NCBI GenBank assembly: GCA_964187785.1
Contig: OZ076412.1
Span: 23,126,001 to 23,190,000, forward strand
DNA from: Amphiscolops sp. MND2022
Taxonomy: Eukaryota
DNA: 64,000 bases
Reading direction: 5' to 3'
This document shows positions 1-11,600 of this stretch, piece after piece (the stretch's first letter is position 1; every line of letters starts with the position of its first letter). Under the pieces are notes generated by a model. That model ran no database searches, had not been told where the DNA came from, and was given only the letters and a program-made list of their open reading frames with translations. Position numbers and translations under genes: made by a program.

Positions 1-102
1 CCGAGTTACTTGAAATGCATTCTACTTATTTGGCGTTAAAAGTTTTGAAACTTTTATCTGAGTTTTGATCTTTGTTGGACAGATGAAAGCTGGAATATTA
101 TT

Positions 103-679
103 AACAAGCTGGGAACGGCATAAGTGGGCGCCATATCTATGGCTCAAAAATAGCAAAAGGACTGTTGACCACTTACTCTGTTTGACTAGAATACGGTTCG
201 TTCTCGTTTTACGGAAAATACACTTTACACTTGATGATAAAATCCACTTTTGCGGCATATGTAGCGTAATGGACATGAAAGTGTCAAAAAACTCAAAGTA
301 TCAAACTCACGCAAAACCCAAACGACGGATTTTCCAAAAAAGTCTCAAAAAGCCCAAAAAAACTAAAAGGGGGACCCTTTTGGATTTTTCAACATCCATT
401 CTGTTGCAAAACCGAAAAATTGAAGGAGGGACCCTTTGGGGAAATTTTTTTTGAAAAAGTCTCAATGCCGAAAAAAACTGAAAGGGGGGACTCTTTAGTC
501 TCTCCCGGTATGGTGTTACGCGGAAAAAGAGGAAAAACCTTTTTGGTTCAGTTCGCTTGGCCAAATGATTCAATTTGGGACCATAAAATTTTGTAGAACT
601 ATTTTGGTCAGTTCGTTTGGATTGAAAAAAAGAGTCACTATAATAGTCGCGTTTCACTTCATGAAGCGCCGACTAAAAA
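103..679 (-). mobile_element. Non-autonomous Helentron/HINE-like element, terminal family A
   Basis: Reverse complement of the 5' end TTTTTAGTCGGCGCTTCATGAAGTGAAACGCGACT at 645-679, and of a degenerate 3' end (GGCGCCCACTTATGCCGTTCCCAGCTTGTT) at 103-132. Confidence 0.7.
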
Positions 680-1216
680 TCTGAGCAGTAGTTTTTGCTC
701 AGACAAGAATATCGTGACTGGTGTTCAGTCCTGCTCAAGAAAACGAGCGAAACTATTATTCTTATAATAAAAGGTGTCGATTAGTTACTTGACTCTAATC
801 GTTCGCTGAAAGTTTGGGCTGCATTTAAAAGGTCGTTGGCGCTATTTCATGTTCAGATGCAGATCTTTATTCTCTCCTATCCAGCAACAAAGCTGATGCT
901 CCAAAATTTGGATGCTTTCAGTGAAACTTAACAACAGCTAGCTCTGCTATATTTCGGAAATTGGGACTTTCGAGAAATCTGTCTGCACTTCGAAGGATTA
1001 CCTGTGGATATTGTCAGAAAGTTTTTATGATTTTATTTTCAAAAAATGAAGGAATATAAATAGAACGTTTCATAATAACTTCAATTGGTTGATAGATTTT
1101 TGAAAACCGGTTTTTGAAGAGTTTTAATTTGAAGACTTCCGGGCTCGTAAATGGAGGAGTCAACTGGACTCTGGATCTTCAATGTTGTGATTGTTTTCAG
1201 ACCTATTTGTTGCTCG

Positions 1217-1223
1217 CCTTTCC
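1217..1223 (+). promoter_or_regulatory. Putative TCT initiator / 5'TOP (CCTTTCC) of RPLP1
   Basis: CCTTTCC lies 34-40 nt upstream of the RPLP1 ATG. Ribosomal protein genes typically initiate at such a pyrimidine tract. The TSS has not been verified. Confidence 0.5.
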
Positions 1224-1256
1224 GCGACCTCTTGTTGAACACGCATCTAAATCACA

Positions 1257-2017
1257 ATGTCTGAAGTGTCTGAACTTGCCTGTGTGTACGCCTCTCTGAT
1301 CCTGCAAGACGAGGGTCTCGAGATCTCAGCCACCAACATTAACAAGCTTATCAAGGCGGCAGAGGTCAACGTCGAACCCATTTGGCCCACCCTCTTCGCC
1401 AAGAACATCTCGGGAGACACAATTGCTTCATTGCTGTCCAACGTCGGATCAGGTCAGTGGAATTGAAATGCGATTGGGCAGTAACATTGATAACAAATAC
1501 CTCAGATAATGTTTTTTCATAGAAATTAGACCATTTCAAAAATTTCAGAATACTTTTTGGGCTCCTGGGGACTTTATTTTAATTTATTTTCAATTCTTGG
1601 TTTCTCTAATCAAGGGACACCCAATAATGTCGCCTTTTTCGTGCTGAAGGGTTCATTTTCTTCGAAACAGCCTTGTCAGTCTACAAATCTTGAGAGCGCA
1701 GTTTTCCATTTTCAGATGACGAGGTGCAATGGCACTGCAATGTTTTGCTTTTTTTCGGCATTTTAAGTACCTAAAAACGATTTTTCGATCAATTCAATCA
1801 ATCATAAGTACGAATCAGAATGAAAAGATGAAAGCGGTGTTGAAATTTGAACTGTTTTTGTGTTGCAGGTGCGGCAGTAGCAGCCGGTGCAGCGGCCCCC
1901 GCAGCTGGAGGAGGAGCAGCCGCAGCTGCTGCCCCCGCGGAAGAGAAGAAAGAGGAAAAGAAGGAAGAGCCAGAAGAGGAATCCGACGACGACATGGGTT
2001 TCGGACTCTTCGACTAA
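1257..2017 (+). CDS. RPLP1: 60S acidic ribosomal protein P1, join(1257..1452,1869..2017), 114 aa
   Basis: Exon 1 reads [18 protein letters not shown]...[13 protein letters not shown]...NVGS. Phase-1 intron with donor G|GTCAGT and acceptor TTGCAG|GT. Exon 2 is an Ala/Gly hinge followed by [25 protein letters not shown], the conserved P-protein C-terminus. Confidence 0.97.
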
Positions 2018-2314
2018 AAACCGAATCACGTTGCTCGGAAGTTGTTCACACTTGGAAGTTATTTGTTCATGCTGTCATGGGCATACACTGAGAGTGGAAA
2101 GATTTGTTTCTTTACTTGAAAAAGAACTCATTTGTTATATCTTGTGATGAAAAGTTCTGGATCAATTAGAAATTGAAATCTTTCATATCAGGCTGCATTT
2201 TGCACGTCAGGTTCAGTTAGTAGACCAAGTGTTAGTAGGCCACGGTGTAAATAAATTAATAGGCTTCTTCGATATTATACAGTGCTGTGATAAAAGAATG
2301 GAACCCTTAATTGA

Positions 2315-3313
2315 TTACACTTGCGATAAGCAAGTGTTGTGGGTGAGTGCGGGTGCTTTTTTTCCGCACGACAACTCTCGTTTCAGCCTGCAAGTCGCGC
2401 ACAGTTCAGGCGCTCGTGTTCTAGTAGTAAGATGTTTTGCTTTTCAACCCAGAGTGTTCGTGTTCGAACTCGTGCGTATACGCTAATTTTTTTACAACTG
2501 TCGAAGCAGAAGGTTTTCACTTTATTCGGAACTATGAGACTCCCCCCCTTTCGGCTTTGTGAGACTTTTTTCGAAAATTTTTTAATGTCCCCAAAGGGTC
2601 CTCCCTTCAATTTTTTGATATTTTGCAACAGAACCAATATTAAAAAATCCCAAAGGGTTCCTTTCAGATTTTTCGGCACTGTGAGACTGTTAAACATTCT
2701 CATTTTTTCGAAAATTTTTCCAAGTCTTCAAAGGGTCCTCCTTCAAATTTTTTTGAAGTTTTGCAAAAGAATGCATGTTAAAAAATCTCAAAGATCCCCC
2801 TTTATAGTTTCAGGCATTGTAAGATTTTTCAAAATGAATAGTTTTTGTCTTAAAATTTGGTTTCCTCAGGCCCAGCACGCTATATCCGATTTTTGTTTGT
2901 TTTCAAAGACCGGCGTTTTTTATGCGACTTTTTTTCTAATTTGTTTTCATCGAAGCCCCCCTCATTTTACTGGAAACGAAACGTTTTGCGAGCATGAAGG
3001 ATTGCTCAAGGCTTTCGTGCACTATGCGACTTACCCGAGACCTTCTTCAAAAAAATCTGTCAATCAATTTTCTGGTTTTTTTTGAGTTTTCGGTTGAGAA
3101 AGATGGGTTTTCTGCTGTTTCCAGTTGGGGAAGAATGGTTCTCGAGACTTATGCGTATCCCTTCGGGTATTTTTTGACGCTGTAAAATTGATGAAATTTT
3201 AATGTCATTTTACCCTTGGTGCGCGTATGATAGATATTGCTTATTTGGTTTTCTTCAAAAGTTCGCAACTTTCTTCGCAAGTGTTTGCGAAGCACGGCTT
3301 CGCCTCTGTGTAT
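2315..3313 (+). mobile_element. Non-autonomous Helentron/HINE-like element, terminal family B
   Basis: 5' TT-ACACTTGCGATAAGCAAGTGT hairpin; 3' subterminal inverted copy CGCAAGTGT, then hairpin GCGAAGC-ACG-GCTTCGC and CTCTGTGT. Nearly colinear with 5076-5920 and 36564-37573. Confidence 0.72.
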
Positions 3314-4176
3314 TAATGTTTGGAACATTTCTTTTTCCTGCTAATTAATGACTAGCTTCTGTTCTTAATTTAGATTCTGAAAGTGGTTCTTCAATATGTT
3401 ACGAGTAGCAGTATTATATACAAACTTGTTTTAATGATGTTTTTTGAAGGTTGTCAGTTTTTGAAAACTTTGTAAATTTATCAGCTGTTCCAAACTTCAT
3501 TACCAAACAGTTGGTTCCATTCTTTCATCACAGGACTGGACTGTATTTGATACGGAAACTGTGAGAAGCGGGCAGTGAAAACGACATCATCGTCAGCCAA
3601 ATTTTCGGTAACATACCGAACTTCTTCGGGATGCCCCTCTAGTCGCCTATACACTTATTCAAATTCAGCTCAATGGTCTCTTCTAGTTCCAACACTGTTG
3701 GTTCAACATGAACCGCTCTCATTTCCCGACTGAACATAACTGATTGAAGGCGGAGACCGGCGGGACCGGATAGATCCCTCAACTATAAGCAATGGAAGAT
3801 TTTTTAATGACTGGGGAATGTTTTTGATTACTCAAAAGAATTATTTTGAGAACATTCTTGGACAAATACCGAACAACCAATGATGTACATAACTGTCGTA
3901 CAAGGAAGTAATGCTGATTGAAATTATCTGAATCCGCCAAACATACTTTTGGTATCGAGCAATAGCGCTATGAACCCTTCTGGTTCAAATCAGGCCAGCA
4001 ATATTTTACCGGCGCGCAACCAAAAGGTTCAAAAACCAAACACCAACCAAATAACACAATTTTTCTTATCTCCGTTTGCTCCGCTCTGCTGTTGATAATA
4101 AGCGATACATGCGGCTTGTTTTTTAAATGGACGTGCTAAAATTGTCATTTGGTGTTCAATTTTAAAAACAAACTTA

Positions 4177-4979
4177 CAGTAGAGTGCGGCTATAACGGAC
4201 CCCCTCGGGAAAACAAAAAAGTTCGTTATTCGCGCACTTCGTTATTGCCGCATTTCGTTATAGGGCAATTTCGGAGCAATCTAAAGCTCAAATGTTCGTT
4301 ATAAAAACATTTCGTTCGGGAATGCCTTAAATATATCGAAGATAACTTAACCGTACCAAAGTTAACCAAGAAAATCGTTACTAGATTACACAAGACATAG
4401 GCTTAATAATAGGTAAGACAATAAGCACAATGGTACATTAAATCCGACATTAGTTAAGTATCCATTAAACTGCAATTTTAACGAAAATAGTCTGTTATCT
4501 CGGTCTGCTTTTTCTCGATTCGTTCCATGTCCTCATCATATTCAGTACCCTCATAATGGAAATATGAGCGGAGTGTCACCAATGCCTCCAAACAATTGAT
4601 AAGTGACGGCTTAGGTACCGGCTCAGGGTCTTCAACTATAAACTCATCGTCGCTTACAACTTGATTTTCAGACTGGTTGTTTTTCTGCTGAATGGCCAAG
4701 TTACATTGTTGACACAAGGTCTTGCTACACTTGACGCTGAGCTAACGTATCACACGCTGACAATAACCATGAATGAAGAGACTCAATTTCGTTATATGCA
4801 CACATTTTTCTCGCTTGGGTGATTATCATTGGTTCGGTATACACACATTTCGTTATAGCTGCATTCGTTATAGCCGTGATTTTTTGCATGTAAAACATAG
4901 GAAAAAATTCGGGGAGTTAAAATTTGTTCGTTATAAGCACATTTCGTTATAGCCCGTTCGTTATACCCGCACTCTACGG
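4177..4979 (-). mobile_element. pogo/Tigger deletion derivative
   Basis: TIRs CAGTAGAGTGCGGCTATAACG / CGTTATACCCGCACTCTACGG, TA on both sides, many TTCGTTATA subterminal motifs. Internal minus-strand ORF (4478-4717) ends KKQTEITDYFR, a PIP-box-like pogo C-terminus. Confidence 0.85.
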
Positions 4980-5075
4980 TATCAGATATGGCAGGAAAAT
5001 AAACCCGTTTTGATAACTTCCCAAAGCAGGAACAAAAGCAATATTATCGCCAAACGTAGTTTTCCAGTTGAGATT

Positions 5076-5920
5076 TTACACTTGCGATAAGCAAGTGTTA
5101 TGGGAAAGTGCGGGTGCTTTTTTTCCGCGCGACAACTCTCGTTTCAGCCTGCAAGTCGCGCACAGTTCAGGCGCTCGTGGTCTAGTGGTAAGATGCTCGC
5201 TTTTCAACCCAGAGGTTTCGTGTTCGAACCCGTGGGTATGCGCTAATTTTTTTACAAGTATTCCGAAGCAGAAGGTTCTGACTTTTTTCGGCACTATAAG
5301 ACTTTTCGGCTTTGTGAGACTTTTTTTCGAAATTTTTTAATGTCCCCAAAGAGTCCTCCCTTCAATTTTTTGATATCTTGCAACAGAACGAATGTTATAA
5401 AATCCTAAAGGGTCCCTTTTTCACATTTTTCGGCACTATGCGACTTAGCGGAAACTTCAAAAAAATTCGAAAGAGTTCGGAAATTTTTTTCTCTATTTTT
5501 AGTTTTAAAAGACCGTTTTTTTAAAGACCGATCTTTTTTCTATGCGACTTTTTTAAAATTTGTTTTCACCGAAGCCCCTGCTCAATTTTTACAAGAAACG
5601 AAACGTTTTGCGAGAGGACTCCTCAAGGCTTTGCGACTTACCGGAGACCATCAAAAATGTTTTCGAAAATATTTGATTTTTTTTTCTTCTATTTTCTGTT
5701 TAAGGTTTTCCGCCGTTGAGAAAGAATGGGTTTTTTGCTGTTTTCAGTTGGGGAAGAATGGTTTTCGAGGCTTACGCGTATCCGTTCGGGTATTTTTTGG
5801 CGCTGTAAAATTGATGAAATTTTAATCTCCTTTTACCCTTGGTTTTCCGTATGATATTGCTTATTTGGTTTTCTTCAAAAGTTCGCAAGTGTTTGCGAAG
5901 CACGGCTTCGCCTCTGTGTT
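5076..5920 (+). mobile_element. HINE-like family B copy
   Basis: Same 5' ACACTTGCGATAAGCAAGTGT and 3' CGCAAGTGTTTGCGAAGCACGGCTTCGCCTCTGTGTT termini; tRNA-like segment at 5171-5243. Confidence 0.72.
5171..5243 (+). other. tRNA-Glu-like Pol III head inside HINE family B (second copy ~2410-2482)
   Basis: A-box-like TGGTCTAGTGG, D-stem GTCT/AGAT, TTTTCAACCCAG anticodon region, B-box-like TGTTCGAACCC; the acceptor stem does not pair. Confidence 0.6.
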
Positions 5921-6340
5921 GAATTAATGGCAAAATGGAGAAAAACGACCATTTGTTCAATGCTGATTGTTGCAATTGTTTCTATTGCCTATATGCAAAG
6001 AAAGAAACTGATATTTGCTCATTTGTTTGATGATATTTGTTTATTTTAAAAAGTTTTCGATTCGAAAATAGTTCTGCTGAAAAAATATTGATTAATGGGT
6101 ACAATGGGAACGCTTCTCATTCAGTTGAATGAATCGAACTGGCGCCAACTAAGCATGGCGACAGGCGCTGGAATGCTTTTCGTACAGAACTATTATAGCA
6201 GCAAACATCGGGAAAATTGTTCAAAACTTGCATAAAACTTCAAAAGTAGATAGCATTTTGACTTTTATCATTTTAGGTTTTCAGAATTTTTTTGCTCCTA
6301 AACTACTTTTTTGACGTTTGAAATGCATGGAAGGAACTAG

Positions 6341-6869
6341 TTTTTAGTCGGCGTTTTCGAAGAAAATCCCGACTCTTCCAGTGGCTAGCTTTTTCGTCAG
6401 TTCAACGCGAAACGTCCACTTTTTGTGCATTAATGCACATTTACCAACTTTTACCATATGTACTTAGTACTTCATTTTCAACGCATCCAAAGCCTCTAAC
6501 ATGAGATAAAAAGCCATTCCAAAGCAGAAGGGTCCACTTTTTTCGACACTATGAGACTTTCCTCCTTTTTTCGGCACTGTGAGACTGATTTTTGTCCGAA
6601 ATTTTTTTTATTGTTCCTCCCATCAATTTTTGATATTTTGCAACAGAATGGATGTTCAAAAAATCCCAAAGCGTCCCCCTTTTACATTTTTCGGCACTAT
6701 GCGACTTACCGGAAACTTCAAAAAGATTTCGAAAAAAAATTCGGAATTTTTTTTCTCAATTTTTAGTTTCTTGAGAGCTTTTGTCTCCAGTTGTAGAAAA
6801 AGTGGTTTTCGTTTTCAAGTCTTTTTGAGCCTTAGGTATGGCGCCGACTTGGGCCGTTCCCGGCTTGTT
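6341..6869 (+). mobile_element. HINE-like family A copy
   Basis: TTTTTAGTCGGCG... to ...GGCGCCGACTTGGGCCGTTCCCGGCTTGTT. Closely similar to 40384-40852. Confidence 0.72.
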
Positions 6870-7117
6870 GATTATAGCATCAGAGTATCATAATTAGTTT
6901 CAAAGGGGGGCTCCTTGAGACTCGTGAAACGCTTTTCTCTTACTGAAAACCCAATAGTTTTTCAATCGAAAACTGATTGATGGAATTTCAAAAAAATGAG
7001 AACTTGAGTTGAAATTTCAGTTTTACGTAAAAGGAAATTTTAAATGATAATTTGTACACTTTATAAGCATTTTATAGTGGTACGAAGTTGCATAACCAAG
7101 TTTTTCCGAATTGTTAA

Positions 7118-7618
7118 TTTTTAGTCGGCGCTTTTATAAATAAAAGAGCCCGACTATTACAGTCACTCGTTTTTTTTCTTTAAGACAGACTCGAAGCGAC
7201 GAACGTTAAAATTAACGTTCAACTACTAAATACAGTACTAAACTACTGGACCCTGGACCGGCAAAGGCAAACGGGGAGCGCATTTAGGATAGTGCAAAGG
7301 GTCCCCCCTTTCAGTTACTCCATTTTTATCGTAAGATACAAAACAGGACGAGACTATAGGGTTTGAGTTTTTTTCGGCACTGTGCGACTTTTTTTCGAAT
7401 TTTTTTGTCTCCAAAGGGTCCCTCATGTTTTTTGATATTTTACAGCAAATTGAAGTTTCAAAAAGCCCAAAGGGTCTCCCCTTTCAAGTTTTTTGGCACT
7501 GAGACTGGCTCAAAATTCTTATTTTTCGATTTTTCTTTTTTTTTCAAAAAACCCTTTTACAATTTCAAAAAGTTTGAGCCTTAGATATGGCGCCGACTTG
7601 AGACGTTCCCGTCTTGTT
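7118..7618 (+). mobile_element. HINE-like family A copy
   Basis: TTTTTAGTCGGCGC 5' end; GGCGCCGACTTGAGACGTTCCCGTCTTGTT 3' end, a hairpin variant (GACG-TTCC-CGTC). Confidence 0.7.
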
Positions 7619-8412
7619 TAATATTTCTGCTTTAGTAGGAATGTTATTGAAATCTCAAAATGTCTACTTTTTTTCAGTACAATTCTTGGCACGATACTGA
7701 ATAATTCAGATATTTTGTTTCGGCAGTGACTATAAACGTAAGAATTAAGTTTCTCAAGCTGCCGACGACAATTCAATTCTCGTGCGATGGAACGAGCGAG
7801 TGGTAATTATGCATTCGTATGCCGACGTCATTGAGATGAAGCGAATGAAGGTTAATCATTCGTTCGTTGAGAGCTTCGCCTGCATTCAAATGCGAATGCG
7901 AAACTTCGTCTTCGCTTAGTAGTTATACACATTTTCTTTAGTCCGAGAAGAATTAAAGGCGGTGTAAACTTGTACAGTGATTAATTGTGCGCTGAATAAT
8001 TATTAAACAGGAGTGTATTGGTATTCCAGATATGATTCTGTTAATTAATGAAAGATTAAAGCAGAAATAGTACCGAGCCCCGGAGGGGCTTATTTTCGAA
8101 ATGCAGGCATTATTTGAATGAAATTTGAGACTACATTTTAGGGAAAAATTCCCATAAAAACATGGGAAACTGGAAGGGACAGGTGTGAGACTTTCAATCA
8201 TCAGAATTTCGTGAAAAATGATTCAAATGTCATTAACCTGACTCATAGAAGCATATCTGAAAGTGAATCTGGTTAGAGGTTACTTCAATGTTCCATTTTC
8301 GGCCATAACATCGGATGCAGCTTCGCGAGGACTATTGAAAGTTTTTTGTTCCGAATTTTTTTGTAACGTTTAGCTGACAAATAAGTGAAAATGATTGTCA
8401 ATTTTCAGATTA

Positions 8413-8602
8413 ATGTCGTCGAACTTTCTTAGGAGCTGCATCCGATGGAACCAGAAGTGTGTTGGAAGTAGTCACTTTTCGTCCCTATCATCCTCCAGTT
8501 CACGACATGCTAAGGCCAACACATGCAGTGCCTCGTTAGCACTGCTCAGTCGTCGGCCATTTGCCACTGCCGACAGCGTGAAACCTGATCACTCTACGCT
8601 TG
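8413..8602 (+). CDS. AASS: AASS exon 1 (mitochondrial-presequence-like N-terminus)
   Basis: [12 protein letters not shown]...[23 protein letters not shown], rich in Ser/Arg with no acidic residue until after RRPF. Donor G|GTGAGT (phase 1) joins exon 2 to give TL-A-IRRED. Confidence 0.8.
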
Positions 8603-11600
8603 GTGAGTTTTAGGAATCATCATAGCATAAACCGTTCTCATATACAGTCAAACTCGGATAAAAGAAACTTATTGGGCGGTGAGAAAAGGGTTTCTTTTAT
8701 CCATAATTTCTTATATCAGTTGTCCTATTAACGTAGAAAGTTTGACTTGCATAAAATCAGAGGAGTGAAAACGTTTCTTATATACGAATGTTTCTTTTAT
8801 CGGTGTTTCTTTTATCCGTGTTTCTTTTATCCGAGTTCGACTGTATTCATACCAGTATAGAACTCTAGTGCGTGATTACAACCGGGGGTCAAAATTCGAA
8901 GGGCGTCTCTTGGCTGCACCGAATTTCTCAGAAGTCATCAAAGGGGGTGATCAGAAACAACTTAAACTCAGACGGAAAACAGAATCAGTTATTTGCTTTT
9001 TTTGTTTTATTGGAATGAAGATGTCTCGAACATCTGAATTTCTTGTCTTGAAGGCCTAACAATTATCTAATTTAAGGCATTACCATTCAATCCTTGGTTA
9101 GGTTTTTGAAAGTTGTGTCTGTTTTTCTATAGCTCGTGTGGATTTCGTAGTAGGCACTCCCGGTAATTCAGACATTCAGTGCGGTTTAAATAGTCACTAG
9201 AGATTTCCTTTTGGGCTACTTGGAGTTGAAACCATCGTAAAACGTCATGTAACCAAAGAGGGTAAATATTCCGTGGAAAAATGACGAGTAGGTAAACCAG
9301 TTTTCTTGCACTCGATGCTGAACCAAAATAATAGAGCGCAGTTTCGCTGAAGAGAAGGCAAGCGCCCACCATGAATCAGTATTACGTTGTAAATTTTTCG
9401 AAACAGGTGTTCGACAATTAACTATTGGAAATTCGTTAACCTTCACATTTGAACCATTTTCGACGCTAAATAGTTCTTCAGTAATAATCAACTTTTCAGC
9501 AGTATTCAAACGCTCAATAGCTTTGAAGGATTGGTCGGTAGATTCAATAAGAGGCGTTAACTTGGGTATCAACATGCTGAATGACAAGTTTTTGTGACCG
9601 AAGCTTCTTGAACATTTTCAAATGTGCATTTTAAAAATTGATGTTGGCCTCCTTTCGGGTTGAAACCATTCTTCCACTTTCACGCTGTTCAAAATTTGAG
9701 GAGTTTAACGATATGATTGTAGTTTACAAAATATTTAATCAAATCGTCGAAAAATTTGTTGAAAAGTTTATTGGGAAGCTGATATCTTTCAGCAATCAGA
9801 AGGGAGGATGGCATGCAGTGGGAAAGGAGAGCACCCTTGGCCCCCAAGCAGGTGCGACAACTGATCAGAGATGGGTACAACGTGCTCGTACAGCCTTCAA
9901 ACAGAAGAGCGTTCACTCACAGGGCTAGTCATTTCAGTTACACGTTGCTTGATTGACCATGTTATCCTTCATGTAACACGCTACAAAGCAGTGAAAACAT
10001 TGTATTGATCTTTCTTACGTAAAAAGTAGTGCACAGGTATTGGTTGAATGAAAATTGCAATTTTATTGCAATTTTCTCTTTTTAGTCGGCGTTTTTTGAC
10101 ATTTGACACCAACTTTGACAACTTTTTTTAATGTCACCAAAGGGTCCCCCTTCAAGTTTGTTGATATTTTGCAACTAACTGGATTTTCAATAAGTCTAAA
10201 GGGCCCCTCATTTTACAATTTTTGCCATTGTTGATTTTTCAAACTGAATATTTTCCGTCTTAAAATTTTGATAAAATTTTAACAGTAGTGTCCTTTTGCA
10301 TATTTAAAAGACTTAACTCTTTTGAATCTTGAACGGGGGCACCGACTTGGCCCGTTTCCGGTTTGTTATTTTCCGCCCACATTTAATGGGGGAGGAAAAT
10401 CATAATCTGTGTTGCGTTTTTTTCCAAATTCTGCAAAATGTCTAGCAGACACGAGGTCGTGGGTTCGAACCCGTGCTGATGCGTTACATTTTTGGCGGAA
10501 AATATCCCGGAGCTTAGCGGGTGTCTTGTTTAATAATAATACTCTTCTTTAAATCCAACTTCTCGAAACCCACGCGCTACGAAACGAAGTTTCTTAGCAA
10601 TGAGTGATGTTTGCCCAATATTTAACGAGAGGGCCAGTCTAAAAATTAGGGCTCGAAGTGTCGTCACGCTGCAGAGCCTCGTTGTAGTGTCAATAACGGT
10701 TGAGTAAACTTAAATGAGAAACAGCGAGTGGAGGACCTATTTAAAAAATGAAACACCGAAAAGCAATAAAATCACAACGGATTGATGGTCAAGATGAGCG
10801 CCAATATTGTTTGGCATAAATCACGACAGCCTTACCGCATGTACAGTAGCCGCAATAGATGTCGATTTCTATCTGACGATGAGTTTTTCGGCATCCTCTG
10901 AGGCACGGCACAAAGCATGGAATTAAAGCGAAGCTGGTTTTTGTCCTAATGTAGCTGGTAGTGTTGGGATAAATATCTTGTCCTTTCTCCGAGATGTTAA
11001 GTGCTAGCAGGTTCCCAGGTCACCAGTATAATCGACGACTAATGAGTTCGAAGTGCTGTGTACAAAATCAAGGATTTTCCACCAGGATTTTGATGGAACT
11101 TGTATACCTCTTTTATGACTCTGACATGAAGCTGCGCGTGGATTGAAATTTTTTTTATCGGAAAATGTCCTGCAATAGCGACATTCACACTGTCCACTGA
11201 CTTTGATGCCGAGACGAGCTTCGTCTTGAGCGCATGTTGTTTTGTGATGGAAGGACTGTGATCACCTTCCAATACTAAAGCTCTTGCCGACGATCTCTGC
11301 CTGCTTCTTGAAACGTTACTTAAAGTCAGGCTTTCTCAACTGTTGAAAGGTACTCTTTCGGAGTCCATGGAGTATGAATGAATTCCAAATGGAAAATCAA
11401 GTTTATACTACAAGCTTTCGGTGACATTGTGTTACTTTTGTGTTGTCTTCGGAATTACCTGCAGTATCATTCACGGCGCCCCATGTGTCACCTACCGCGT
11501 CGTATTCAGCGTATACCTAGAAAGCAGTAATACTCCACAAGATTCACGTTTTCAAGTTACAGTGTGTTGTAAAATGTTTACGCTCTGAAATTGATACATT

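Noticed and set aside
1453-1868. Intronic snoRNA in RPLP1
   Set aside because: No properly spaced C (RTGATGA) and D (CTGA) box pair with a terminal stem, and no clear H/ACA structure by eye.
2339-3085. 248-aa ORF and many similar F/K-rich ORFs (e.g. 65-454, 28919-29314, 36720-37070)
   Set aside because: They lie wholly within HINE-like repeats, have no recognisable domain, and the frames are not conserved between copies.
3480-3800. Coding-like minus-strand stretch (...LADDDVVF...)
   Set aside because: It is interrupted by stops and a frame change, and I cannot assign a family.
1257-8602. RPLP1-AASS operon
   Set aside because: The genes are 6.4 kb apart with repeat-filled spacing, RPLP1 has a candidate AATAAA at 2250, and nothing directly shows co-transcription.
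11039-11272. GGKSL Walker-A-like motif in a 77-aa ORF
   Set aside because: No other helicase or ATPase motifs follow and there is no splice context.
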